Assembly: GCA_002269645.1 (NCBI GenBank)
Contig: NIVC01000219.1
Location: forward strand, 375,693-439,692
From: Macrostomum lignano
Lineage: Eukaryota
Direction: 5' to 3'
Length of the DNA stretch: 64,000 nucleotides
Position numbers and translations under genes: made by a program. Position 1 is the stretch's first letter. Each line of letters opens with the position of its first letter. Positions 13,785-26,458 of this stretch are shown here, piece by piece. The notes under the pieces were generated by a model. The model ran no database searches, had not been told where the DNA came from, and saw only the letters and a list, made by a program, of their open reading frames with translations.

Positions 13785-14400
13785 CGTGTCTCACTAATCC
13801 CTGAGATCCCATGTCTCACTTATCCCTGAAATCCCATCTCTCACTAATCCCGGAGATCCCATCTCTCACTAATCCCTGAGATCCCATGTCTCACTTATCC
13901 CTGAGATCCCATCTCTCACTTATCCCTGAGATCCCATCTCTCACTAATCCCTGAAATCCCATCTCTCACTTATCCCTGATGTCTCATCTTTCACTTATCC
14001 CTGAAATCCCATCTCTCACTAATCCCTGAGATCCCATCTCTGATTTATCCTTGATGTCTCATCTCTCACTAATCCCTGAGATCCCATCTCTCACTAGTCC
14101 CTGAGATCCCATCTCTCACTTATCCCTGAGATCCCATCTCTCACTTATCCCTGAGATCCCATCTCTCACTTATCCCTGAGATCCCATCTCTCACTTATCC
14201 CTGAGATCCCATCTCTCACTAATCCCTGAGATCCCATCTCTCACTTATGCCTGAAATCCCATCTCCCACTAATCCCTGAAATCCCATCTCTCACTAATCC
14301 CTGAAATCCCATCTCTCACTAATCCCTGAAATCCCATCTCTCACTTATCCCTGATGTCTCATCTCTCATTAATCCCTGAGATCCCATCTCTCAGTAATCC
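13785..14400. repeat. Minisatellite, 25 bp unit (ctcacttatccctgagatcccatct)
   Basis: Tandem periodicity starting just after the NUP35 stop codon. Confidence 0.93.
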
Positions 14401-15059
14401 CTAATTTAATTTCGTATTTAAATCCTAAAATTATACCTATACAACTATTTATTATATTCCATGGTTTGTTAAACACATAGGCTTATAATATTGATAATAA
14501 ACAGTTTACCAAAGAATCGCTTAAACCCATTCTGCCATTCATGCGATCGCTTAACTTATTCATTGCAATGTTTTTTAATAAAGTCGTGCCAATAAAATTG
14601 CGGAATCTTGTCAACAATCATTTTCATTGTCAGTTTCGCATTGTAAAGTACAGAATGTACTAAATGTTCCATCCGCCAGTTTCATATAATGGTATTTATT
14701 ATATTAGCAATCGTGCATAACAGCGATTAAATAGGGTTCAGCTCGACTTTGAATGAGTTTTATTTTGTAACACAGTTTTTTATTTGTTTATATTTATCCA
14801 CGATTTATAAAATATGCCAAGCTGCTCTGGGCCGAGTTGTCGGTGTTTTATTTGAATAATTATCGGAATAAATCGATAGTTGACCTGTTGAGTCTGTTTT
14901 GGGGCAAATTTTGCCCCGCAGTTTGCTCAGCGGCTTCGGTTTCCAAACTGCTTGAAGTTCTCGATGAAAGAAAAAATCGATAAAACTATTTTTTAAACGG
15001 TGAAATCACTTGTGTTACTGGGTTCGTTTTTTACAGGGGCTTGTGTCTTTGCCTGATGT

Positions 15060-15200
15060 CTGTGTGTCTGTTTGTCTCTCTGTCTGTCCGTCTGTCTGTC
15101 TGTCGTCTGTCTGTGTCTGTCTGTCTGTCTGTCTTTTTGTCTGTCCGTCTGTCTTTGTCTCTCCGTTTGTCCGTCTGTGTATATCTGTCTGTCTGTCTGA
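15060..15200. repeat. Compound (TCTG)n microsatellite with an embedded ~50 bp cassette also found at 38140 and 38350
   Basis: The block gtctttgtctctccgtttgtccgtctgtgtatatctgtctg is the reverse complement of two blocks in SPIDR intron 2. Confidence 0.85.
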
Positions 15201-15422
15201 CCGACGCCTGCCGAGTCCTTTATTTCCTATCTGCTGGATTGCATATGCAATAAAATGTCACCCTGGGCTGCATGCTTTTTCTGCTAAACGGGACTGCAAC
15301 ATCTGGAGAATTGCCTGGTCGAGATAAGTGCAGCAGTTTTGGTAGCTTTTTTAGTTGCTAAGACAATTTTGTCACGCACTTGAGCACCTGATAAACTGCC
15401 ATGGAGGTGTGTTAACAACCTC

Positions 15423-15431
15423 TATTTAAAC
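15423..15431 (+). promoter_or_regulatory. Candidate TATA box of the amylase gene (TATTTAAA)
   Basis: TATTTAAA about 60 nt upstream of the ATG at 15488. Confidence 0.5.
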
Positions 15432-15487
15432 ACAAACAACTTTTTGGTATTGAGTATTGTTTCTTTGGAAGAATATTTATTGAGAAC

Positions 15488-18400
15488 ATGCTGTGGATTG
15501 CTGCAGTTGTAGCCATAGGTAAGTCGCTGTATTTTTATAACTACTGATTACATGTAGGTTATTCGATTGCCGCTCCAGTGCAGGTGGGTTTCACTAAAAC
15601 CTATTCTAGTGCTGGATGTACTTTTAACACAGGAGTGCTACGTGTGATTTAAGCATCCCTGTTACTTTAAGTATCCTTTATACATGTACCACTTAGGGTA
15701 CCCTGACACACTTCAAGCACACCTAACACACTTCAATCGCACCTGACATACTTAAAGCACACCTGACACACTTCAAGCACACCTCACACACTTAAAGCAC
15801 ACCTGACACACTTCAATCGCACCTGACATACTTAAAGCACACCTGACACACTTCAAGCACACCTCACACACTTAAAGCACACCTGACACACTTCAAGCAC
15901 ACCTGACACACTTCAAGCACACCTAACACACTTCAATCGCACCTGACATACTTAAAGCACACCTGACACACTTCAAGCACACCTCACACACTTAAAGCAC
16001 ACCTGACACACTTCAAGCACACCTGACACACTTCAAGCACACTTGGCACACTTCAGTCGCACCTGACACCCGTCAATCAAAAACCCATACAGCCCTGGCC
16101 TCAGTGCCCGGCGCCGCGCCCTACAAAAACCCCAACTGCGACGGCAACCGTCACGTGGTTGTGCACCTGTTCGAATGGCGCTGGAACGACATTGCGGACG
16201 AGTGCGAACGATTTCTCGGCCCCTACGGCTACTGCGGAGTGCAGGTGTCTCCCCCTAATGAGCACCGCATAGTGACCAGCCCCTACAGGCCCTGGTGGGA
16301 GCGCTACCAGCCTGTCAGCTACATCCTGGTCAGCCGGTCCGGAAATGAGCAGGAGTTCAAAAACATGGTGGAAAAGTGCAACCGCAATGGGGTTCGGTGA
16401 GGGCATTGCGATTGAACTTCCACATTGGCTTGACTTCTGCCTTTGAAGAAAGGAGAGTAGAGAGAGGAGAGTAGAGAGAGGAGAGTAGAGAGAGGAGAGT
16501 AGAGAGAGGAGAGTAGAGAGAGGAGAGTAGAGAGAGGGGAGTAGAGAGAGGACAGTAGAGAGATGATAGTAGAGAGAAGAGAGTAGAGAGAGGGGAGTAG
16601 AGAGAGGACAGTAGAGAGAGGAGAGTAGAGAGAGGAGAGTAGAGAGAGGAGAGTAGAGAGAGGAGAGTAGAGAGAGGAGAGTAGAGAGAGGAGAGTAGAG
16701 AGAGGGGAGTAGAGAGATGATAGTAGAGAGAAGAGAGTAAAAAGAGGAGAGTAGAGAGAGGGGAGTAGAGAGAGGAGAGTAGCCAGAGGGGAGTAGACAG
16801 AGGAGAGGACAGACAGAAGAGTAGAGATATGAGAGTAGAGAAATGAGAGATAAGAGTAGAGAAGACACAGGAGAGTAGATGTATAATGTGGATATTAACT
16901 CGTCTTAACGAGTCTTACGTCTTACGTATTAACTCGTAACAGGGGAAATCGTTAAACTAATCGGATTGTGAAAATAAAACTCAGATTCTGATCAATAAAA
17001 TCTGCCGATATGTATCGAAAGAGCAATAACTTGACCTCCACAGCATCTACGTGGACGCTGTCATCAACCACATGGCGGGCGTGGGCGTCAGCGGTCGCGG
17101 CACCGCAGGCTCCTATTACGACTCGGGTAGGCAGGACTTCCCCGGAGTGCCCTACAGCGACTGGGACTTCAACGGGCGCGGCCAGTGCTCCACCGCCAGC
17201 TTGAACATCGAGAACTATCACGACCCGGTGCAAGTGCGCAACTGCAGACTTGTGGGCCTGACTGACCTGCAGACTGGCAAGGACTATGTGCAGCGGAGCA
17301 TCGCCGGGTACCTCAATAAGCTGGTGAGGACTACTGTAGCATAACGGGTTGGGGAACAGGTGAATGGGGGAACGAATGACAGATGATCCGTGGAACAGGT
17401 GTGAACAGGGGAACAGGTGAACAGGTGAACGGGGGAACAGGTGAACAGGGAAACAGGTGAACAGGTGAACGGGGGAACAGGTGAACAAGGAAACAGGTGA
17501 ACAGGTGAACGGGGGAACAGGTGAACAGGGGAACAGGTGAACAGGTGAACGAGGAACAGGTGAACAGGGGAACAGATGAACAGGGGAACAGGTGAACAGG
17601 GGAACAGGTGAACAGGAAACAGGTGAACAGGGAAACAGGTGAACAGGGGAACAGGTGAACAGGTGAACAGGTGAACAGGGGAACAGGGGAACATGTGAAC
17701 AGGTGAACTGGGGAACAGGTGAACAGGTGAAAAAGGGAACAACAGGTGAACAGGGGAACAGGTGAACAGGGGAACAGGTGAACAGGTGAACAGGTGAACA
17801 GGGGAACAGGTGAACGGGGGAACAGGTGAACAGGGGAACAACAGGTGAACAGGGGAACAAAATACAGTGATCAGGCTAGAAGCGGACCAACAGAACCGAA
17901 ACTCGCCCATAAAAACCCGCAGGTGGACATCGGAGTTGCCGGCTTCCGCATCGACGCGGCCAAGCACATGTGGCCGGACCACCTCCGCGGCATTCTCGGC
18001 CGGGTGAACAACCTGAACTCGCGCTACTTCGGCACCGGCAAGAGGCCCTTCGTCTATCAGGAGGTCATCGACCTGGGCGGTGAGCCGATCAAGAACTCCG
18101 AGTACACCCCGATCGCCAGGGTCACCGAGTTCAACTATGGAGCCCACCTGAGCAGGGCCTTCAGCAAGCACTACCCGCTGAAGAACCTGCAGAACTTCGG
18201 CGAGCAGTGGGGACTCATCCACAGCAACGATGCCATGGGATTTATCGATAATCACGACAACCAGGTGATGGGCGTTCACGTGTGTCTAACAGTTTGCGAT
18301 TTTGTCTAACAGTTAGCGATTGTGTCTAACAGTTTGTGATTGTGTCTAACAGTAAGCGATTGTGTCTAACAGTTTGTGATTGTGTCTAACAGTTTGCGAT

Positions 18401-20061
18401 TGTGTCTAACAGTTAGCGATTGTGTCTAACAGTTAGCGATTGTGTCTAACAGTTAGCGATTGTGTCTAACAGTTTGCGATTGTGTCTAACAGTTTGCGAT
18501 TGTGTCTAACAGTTCGTTGTGTCTAACAGTTTGCGATTGTGTCTAACAGTTCGTTGTGTCTAACAGTTTGCGATTGTGTCTAACAGTTAGCGATTGTGTC
18601 TAACAGTTAGCGATTGTGTCTAACAGTAAGCGATTGTGTCTAACAGTTTGTGATTGTGTCTAACAGTTAGCGATTGTGTCTAACAGTTAACGATTGTGTC
18701 TAACAGTAAGCGATTGTGTCTAACAGTTAGCGATTGTGTCTAACAGTTAGCGATTGTGTCTAACAGTAAGCGATTGTGTCTAACAGTTTGTGATTGTGTC
18801 TAACAGTAAGCGATTGTGTCTAACAGTTTGTGATTGTATCTAACAGTTAGCGATTGTGTCTAACAGTTAGCGATTGTGTCTAACAGTTAGCGATTGTGTC
18901 TAACAGTTAGCGATTGTGTCTAACAGTAAGCGATTGTGTCTAACAGTTTGTGATTGTGTCTAACAGTTAGCGATTGTGTCTAACAGTTAACGATTGTGTC
19001 TAACAGTAAGCGATTGTGTCTAACAGTAAGCGATTGTGTCTAACAGTTTGTGATTGTATCTAACAGTAAGCGATTGTGTCTAACAGTAAGCGATTGTGTC
19101 TAACAGTAAGCGATTGTGTCTAACAGTTTGTGATTGTGTCTAACAGTTAGCGATTGTGTCTAACAGTTAGCGATTGTGTCTAACAGTAAGCGATTGTGTC
19201 TAACAGTTAGCGATTGTGTCTAACAGTTTGTGATTGTGTCTAACAGTTAGCGATTGTGTCTAACAGTTAGCGATTGTGTCTAACAGTTAGCGATTGTGTC
19301 TAACAGTTAGCGATTGTGTCTAACAGTTAGCGATTGTGTCTAACAGTTAGCGATTGTGTCTAACAGTGATTTTCCCTAAAGGATTAATCAGCATAAGTAT
19401 CTAACAGGTGTTACACAAGTATCTAACAGTGCTATCTAGGATGTCTAACAGCCGCAAAACCACTCCCAACTCCCCTCAGCGAGGTCACGGAGGTGGCGGC
19501 GCCATCCTCACCTTCCGCCAGTCGAAGATGTACAAAGCGGCGACAGCCTTCGCTTTGGCTCATCCGTACGGCTTCCTGAAGATCATGAGCAGCTACCACT
19601 GGGACCAGCGCATCGAGAACGGCAAGGACAAGAACGACTGGATCGGACCGCCTGCCTACGGAGACGGCACCACCAAGCCTGTGCCGATCAACCCCGACCT
19701 CACCTGCGGCGACGGCTGGATCTGCGAGCATCGTTGGCGTCAGATCTACGGCATGGTGAAGTTCCGGAATGTGGTGTCGGGCACCGGCCTGAACAACTGG
19801 TGGGACAGCGGCAGCCACCAGATCGCCTTCTCCAGAGGCAACCGCGGCTTCGTGGCCTTCACTCTGGGCGGCGACCTCAGGACCAGCATTCGGTCCGGCA
19901 TGGCTGACGGCAGCTACTGCGATGTCATCAGCGGCGCCAAGGTGAACGGCAGGTGCACCGGCAAGACTGTCAGCGTTAGCGGCGGCGGCTGGGTGAATGT
20001 GCAGCTCGGCCAGAGCGAGGACGACGCCGTGTTGGCCATTCACGCCGAGTCCAAGCTGTAG
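15488..20061 (+). CDS. AMY: Secreted animal-type alpha-amylase (GH13)
   Basis: Exons 15488-15518 (signal peptide [14 protein letters not shown]), 16093-16396, 17044-17323, 17923-18264, 19480-20061, all phase-consistent. Motifs [37 protein letters not shown] (catalytic D), QEVID (catalytic E), DNHDNQRGHG (catalytic D), WICEHRW, and a C-terminal beta domain. Confidence 0.96.
15700..16070. repeat. Minisatellite, 20 bp unit (cacctgacacacttcaagca)
   Basis: Amylase intron 1. Confidence 0.92.
16452..16870. repeat. Purine-rich 12 bp repeat (AGAGAGGAGAGT)n
   Basis: Amylase intron 2. Confidence 0.92.
17350..17860. repeat. 8-9 bp repeat (GGTGAACA/GGGGAACA)n
   Basis: Amylase intron 3. Confidence 0.92.
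18283..19430. repeat. Minisatellite, 20 bp unit (tgtgtctaacagttagcgat)
   Basis: Amylase intron 4. Confidence 0.95.
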
Positions 20062-20065
20062 TGAC

Positions 20066-20532
20066 TCAGATTGATTTATTGATTTATTAGTTGATTGATT
20101 GGTTGATTGATTGATTGATTGATGGATGGATTGATTGATTGATTGCTTGATTGATTAACTGATTGATTGATGATTGATTGATTGATTGCTTGATTGATTA
20201 ATTGATTGCTTGATTGATTAACTGATTGATTGATGATTGATTGATTGATTGCTTGATTGATTAATTGATTGATTGATTGATTAATTGATTGATTGATGAT
20301 TGATTGATTGATTGGTTGATTGATTGATTGATTAATTGATTGATTGATTGATTGATCGATCGATTGATTCATTCATGGATTGATTGATTGATTGATTGAT
20401 TGATTGACTGCTTGATTGCTTGATTGATTAATTGATTGCTTGATTGATTAATTGATTGATTGATTAATTGATTGATTGATGATTGATTGATTGATGATTG
20501 ATTGATTGATTGATGGATTGATTAATTGATTA

Positions 20533-20567
<35 letters not shown>

Positions 20568-20568
20568 A

Positions 20569-20614
<46 letters not shown>

Positions 20615-20700
20615 CGATTGATTGATCGATTGATTGATCGATTGATTGATTGATTGATTGATAACAATTGATTGATTGATTGATTGATTGACTGATAAAA
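20066..20700. repeat. (ATTG)n microsatellite
   Basis: Starts 5 nt after the amylase stop codon. Confidence 0.95.
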
Positions 20701-20938
20701 ACAAATAAATAAATACAGAACCGAAACTCGGTTGCTTGTCAGCGCCATACGATTCTTAACAATAAATAAATGTCATTCATCTGCGATTTTAATTCTTTAT
20801 TGATTCTGCACAAGTTTTCCTGTATAGTTCCAAGCCATAGGGATTCGAACAGAAGTAGAGAAGAAATCTGTTAGAGTTTTGCACTTCAGTTAAAAAAGCC
20901 GATCGGGACAATGGCCAGTCATTTGACTTTATCTGAGT

Positions 20939-22142
20939 TCACTCATCGCTAACTATTTGCTCATGTCGGACCTCTGACACCTCGTGAGGCTCAACTTCCG
21001 TGTGCATCTCCTGCTGCTCCTCCTTCTTCTTTCGCCTCCTCTGCTTCTGGTCTCGCTCGTCCGCCGGAATCGAACCCCGCACTGCAGCCTTCGACACTAC
21101 AAAAGCGTCTGGTCGCGAGTTCAACGAGTGCATGCTGGGCCTCGCGCGCGGCTCCGCCAGCTGCTCCAGCCGCTCCGAAGCCACCCACAGCAGTGCCGAC
21201 TGGGGCACCTGGCTTCCAGGGTCCGCGGCCTGAGTGCGGCAAGAGCCAAGGGACAGTTATTTGATCTGTCCTGTCTATCTCTAGCTGACCGCTGATTGGC
21301 TGATACTCGAATCGCAGCTCTCAATGTCACCAGTTTCCCTGTCTATCCCTAGCTGACAGCTGATTGGCTGATAAGCGAATCGCAGCTCTCAGTGTCACCA
21401 GTTTCCCTGTCTATCCCTAGCTGACCGCTGATTGGCTGATAAGCGAATCGCAGCTCTCAGTGTCACCAGTTCCCTGTCTATCCCTAGCTGACAGCTGATT
21501 GGCTGATAAGCGAATCGCAGCTCTCAGTGTCACCAGTATTCCTGTCTATCCCTAGCTGAGCGCTGATTGGCTAGCCCATTTGTCACTATTTGTCACTATT
21601 TGTCACTCTCGAATAATTGACGAACCTGAAATTCGAAGCCCACTGGAAGAGGCTTTGGCAAACTCAGCCGCTCCATTCGCACCGAAAAAAAATGATGATG
21701 CTGCTGCTGCTGCTGACTTGAAGCAGACAGAGAAGCAGCTCTTCGACACCACTGCCATTCCGACTCAGCGGCCACATCGTCTTGACAGTTCGGCAGCCGC
21801 CGCTGTCTCCGCGGCGGAGCAGTGGCCAGGCGCGCCAGACGCTCCATTGAAGGCCCGGAGCAGCTGCTGCTGGTGCCGATGCCTCTCCGAGACGTCCTTC
21901 CTTCTGGTGGCTGCGGAGTCGGTCGTGGCTGACTCAGCTCGAGGATTCTGTCACTGACTGGACTCAACCGACGATCAACCCCCTTGCTGGGTGATTTCTG
22001 CTCGCCGCTGCCCCGCCTGCGGCGCTGTCTCGGCCGGCTGAGCTCGAGCACTCGAGACGGACAGCTGGCCGAGAGAGCGGCCGGCGGCACCGGCCAGATT
22101 GGATCGGGGGTGCCGCAGGAGTACAGATGAAGGTCGCGGTAG
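20939..22142 (-). CDS. THEG: THEG (testicular haploid expressed)-repeat protein, last two exons
   Basis: Exons ~21626-22142 and 20939-21229, phase 0 junction. Repeated motifs WPVPPAALSASCPSRVLELSRPR, DRILELSQPR, ERLARLATAP, RMERLSLPK, SERLEQLAEPR, AFVVSKAA. 5' end not resolved. Confidence 0.68.
21262..21575. repeat. 68 bp tandem repeat (~4.5 copies) containing GCTGATTGGCTG (reverse CCAAT box)
   Basis: gtctatccct recurs at 21341 and 21409; lies in the THEG intron. Confidence 0.9.
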
Positions 22143-22576
22143 CTGAGATATGCGGATGACAAGTTGACTGTTTGGTGGGTGACTTTGCGGAATGAAGGAG
22201 ACAGAATGCAAGTTTGTATAATGAAGTTAACAATAATGATAATGATTAAATCGCAGGAAGGTTGGGTTGCGGGCACCTACAAGTGCGCCGAAACTTTACT
22301 CAGGCACAGGATGTCCTGACTTTCTAAATGTCAGACAAGCTGGTCCCGCAAAGGATTGACGCAATTTTGACGCATGACGTCTTATGACAGCTTTATAAAA
22401 TTTTAGCTCGTGAATTAATTGCTGTCGTCAACTGGTTGAGCAACAGGAGCAGGTGAAACTAATATTGACTTAGCCCAAGTATATAAAAGAAGTTGTAGAC
22501 ATGGAGCAAGAACATGAATAAGAAAAATTGCAGCTCAATAAGAGCTCATTGAGGCCAGACACTGGCTTTCTTTTAG

Positions 22577-24170
22577 CAGTGCTTCAAGTGCCGCCCGTGC
22601 GCTTCGAAGCTCGGAGGCGGGGTTGTTGCTCGTCACGGATGTTCGACTGCCGACCGAAGTGAAGCCTCTGCACTACAATGTCACCCTGGCGCCCTACATC
22701 TACGGTAGTAATGCATCAGAGTTCTACTTCACCAGCTCCATGCAGGTGGGGCTCAGCATCGAAAACTCAACCAGAAACATCAAGCTGCACTCAGCCAGGA
22801 CCATCAAACTCACCCCTGCGGACTTTCGAGTCTTTGACAGCACCTCGAACAAGAGCTACGCCATCGCCAGCCTACGCCTACGCCCGGTTCAAAGCTCCGC
22901 TTCGATCTGATCTGCGAGGCTTGTACCTGATCTCGTACACCGAGAACGGAACTACAAAGTACCTGGCCACCTCTCACAGCTGCAACCGACTGACGCAAGA
23001 AAGCCGTTTCCGTGTTTCGACGAGCCGGAATTCAAGACCAGGTTCGACCGGAGCCTGGGGAACCAATGGGCAGGCGCGTCTCCGTCGTGAGATCTGCTCC
23101 CCTCCCCAAACGGACCGTTCCGGCTCGCTCCCCAGCAAGAACAGTGCCCAGCCCAACCATTACCGGCCGCCCTGGTCCTCCTTCTCTGCTTGGAGCCGGC
23201 ATTGAACCCAACCCAGGGCCCTGGCCCTGCGGAACTTGTAAGAAAGACTTCGGCAAATACAGTGGCTCCGTGCTGTGCAAGCAGTGGCACCACCTAAAAT
23301 GCACCAACTCTGACCAGGCTCACCGAATGGACTAACAGTTTTCGGTGCAGCAGCTGCAAACCTGCCATGCGTCCAACGGCCGGTGTCCACCTCATCAGTA
23401 ACTCCCCGCTCACCAGCGTTTCCTCTACGCCAGCACTGGGAGATGGATGCCCAGTTCGTGGCATCGGATCAGTGCACTCCCCAGCAGATCAGTTCCATCG
23501 GTAAGGACGTTACATGTACCCACATGTATTACAAAGCAGCATTCTTAACATGCTTCACGGCTTCGTCGGTGACGAGGTCTTTCGCAAAGGTGTCGGAAAC
23601 TACCTGCGTCAGAACAGCTACGGAAACAAATTCCACACCGCTCTCTATGACAGTCTGACCCGGCAGTACTCCGAGTCCACAAACAAGTCTCTCGACGTCG
23701 GCTCAGTGATGGATCGCTGGATCAAGCAGATGGCTACCCCGTGCTCAACTGTTTCGTCACTGCGACTGGACGTCTCACACTGACGCAGAACCACTTTCTC
23801 TGGAATGCCAGTCAAGTTCCGAGCTACCTGAGCGACTACAACTACACGTGGATCATCCCTGTCACCATGGGAACCAAGCGGAACCTCACCTCGGGAACTC
23901 CTGAGGACGTGTCGGGCTTTGTGAACTGGATGACCGAGAAGGAGCAGTCCTTCGAACTCGACAGCTCGGCCGATTGGTATCTGCTCAACCTTCGCTCGTC
24001 CGGCTTCTACAGAGTGAACTACGACTTGGACAACTGGAAGCGGCTCATCGATCAGCTGGTCTCGAATCACACGGTGTTCAGTCCGCAGGACAGGGCTCGT
24101 CTGCTCGATGACAGCTTCGCTCTGGCCAGTGCCGGCTATCTGGACTACAGCATCCCGCTCAACATGTCCC
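22577..24170 (+). pseudogene. M1 aminopeptidase (aminopeptidase N/ERAP-like) pseudogene lacking the catalytic domain
   Basis: N-domain [24 protein letters not shown] and frameshifted [15 protein letters not shown]; then SSILNML...MDRWIKQM(G)YP and ERAP1_C WYLLNLRSSGFYRVNYD...RARLLDDSFALA. No GAMEN or HEXXH motif; several frameshifts; truncated at ~24170. Confidence 0.85.
23060..23500 (+). mobile_element. Foreign insert, probably a non-LTR retrotransposon (CR1/L2-like) 5' fragment with a 2A-like motif and a degenerate PHD finger
   Basis: LLGAGIEPNPGP followed by CGTC...SVLCKQWHHLKC; sits where the aminopeptidase catalytic core should be. Confidence 0.55.
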
Positions 24171-24739
24171 TGAATGGAATTTTCAACCGTCTATTCGATC
24201 TTCAAACGAATGCGATTAGGGGGATGAAGTGATATCGGGCCTGAAGGATACTGACCCCTTCAATAGAAAAGCCATGCGAGAACTTCATCTTGTGGGGGCA
24301 GTAAAACAGCTCAAAACAGCTGGTTCTCAATAAAAGTTTCATGCAGTTTGGAACTTGTCAATGTTTGCACAAACGTCAATTGAATAATCCGGTCTTGACT
24401 ATTTGAACTCACAGAGCCTTGTGAAATGCCGCGAAATCCTTGGGTTTGGCCAGCTGCTCAATCCGACTGCTCAGTCGAGTTTCGCCGAGCAGCAGCGATC
24501 TTGGCGAGATGGGGAACAGCGGCTGCTGGTTGCCCCACTGCACCGCGGCCGCTCTGGACCTGCAGTGCGCGTTGTCAGACTGGGGACCTTGAGGGACTTG
24601 GCTGGGAAGTCACAGATAGGATTTAAATGCCCTGCTAATGCATGCAGCCGCATGAGATGAACATTTTGATGTCAAGGGCGACTTAAGAGCAACAGAATGT
24701 GGCTGGTATGACTTCTGACTGCTGGGTTGGGATCCACAT

Positions 24740-25180
24740 GAAGCTACTGGGATGGAATCTGATTGATGGGTGGGATCTGGTTAATGGGATGGGATGAGAT
24801 GGGATGTGATGGGATAAGTTACGAGATGTGATGGGATGTGATAGGATAAGTTACGGAATGTGATAGTATGTGAAGGGATGGGATAAGTTACGGGATTTGA
24901 TGGAATGGGACGTGATGGGATAAGTTACGAGATGTGCGAGATGTGATGGGATATGCGATGTGATAGAATAAGTTAGGGTATGGGATGTGATGTGATGGGA
25001 TGTGATGTGATGGGATGGGATGTGATGTGATGGGATGTGATGTGATGGGATGTGATGGGATGTGATAGAATACATGCAAGTTAGGGGATGGGATGGGATG
25101 TGATGTCATGGGATGAGATGTGATGGGATGTGATGGGATGGATGTGATGCTATGGGATGAGATAGGGTGAGATGAAATCT
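24740..25180. repeat. (ATGGG/ATGTG)n pentanucleotide repeat
   Basis: Visible periodicity. Confidence 0.9.
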
Positions 25181-25739
25181 GGCATTTCTGACTTCGCAGA
25201 CGCATAACTCACAAATTGTCGCACTGCATGTAGGCCCCAGCCGGTAGAGTCCAATAGTTGCTATGGTAACGACTTTTAGACATTTTTCGGACAACTGCAT
25301 GAAAAAGAATGCCCAACAGACAGAGACGCTGCAACTCAGTTTATCGCGTATAAATGCAGCAGTCTGTGACTGTGAGTTTCCATGGAGATCTATCCAGTAT
25401 TCCTCAACACAGTCTGAATATTTCACCCACTGAGCCTCACACAAATAAAAGCTGATCTGCAATATTAATGAGTCACAGTGCGACACAAGCAGGGCTGATT
25501 TTATTTATTTATTCACCTAGATTATCCGTGTCTGCTCAACGACAAGAGCAGCTAGTTAAACAATATATTTAAAATTATCATAGCAAGCAAAGCAAAACAT
25601 AATATTAGATAAGTTAATTAAAATAAAATCTGAGGACTGCACTTACCTAGCAATAAATGGTTCATGGAATTTGGCAATTGGCATTAGTCTCTTATGGGAA
25701 AGGGGTTGCCTGGACAAGAGATGAACAAAATGATTCTGC

Positions 25740-26372
25740 TAATCTAAGGACACAAATCTGCCGATTAGACACAAATCTGCCGATCTAAGGACACAAATCT
25801 GCCGATTAGACACAAATCTGCCGATCTAAGGACACAAATCTGCCGATTAGACACAAATCTGCCGATCTAAGGACACAAATCTGCCGATTAGACACAAATC
25901 TGCCGATCTAAGGACACAAATCTGCCGATTAGACACAAATCTGCCGATCTAAGGACACAAATCTGCTAATCTAAGGACACAAATCTGCTAATCTAAGGAC
26001 ACAAATCTGCCAATCTAAAGGCACAAATCTGCTAATCTAAAGACACAAATCTGCCAATCTAAGGACACAAATCTGCCAATCTAAGGACACAAATCTGCCA
26101 ATCTAAGGACACAAATCTGCCAATCTAAGGACACAAATCTGCCAATCTAAGGGCACAAATATGCCAATCTAAGGACACAAATCTGCCAATCTAAGGACAC
26201 AAATCTGCCAATCTAAGGACACAAATCTGCCAATCTAAGGACACAAATCTGCCAATCTAAGGACACAAATCTGCCAATCTAAGGACACAAATCTGCCAAT
26301 CTAAGGACACAAATCTGCCAATCTAAGGACACAAATCTGCCAATCTAAGGACACAAATCTACCAATCTAAGG
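25740..26372. repeat. Minisatellite, 22 bp unit (ctaaggacacaaatctgccaat); 5' part alternates 22 and 20 bp units
   Basis: Tandem periodicity. Confidence 0.93.
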
Positions 26373-26458
26373 AGAGAATGGTTGCCAACAAAGCAGCCAA
26401 GTAAAAGCTTTAGCCGAAAGGAGACACTGCAACAATTTACAAAAGGCAGAAGTTGGCA

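Noticed and set aside
15488-20061. Bacterial or horizontally acquired origin of the amylase
   Set aside because: It has spliceosomal introns, a signal peptide and animal-type motifs; nothing points to horizontal transfer.
24190-25490. Short ORFs downstream of the aminopeptidase fragment
   Set aside because: No recognisable motifs; partly pentanucleotide repeat.
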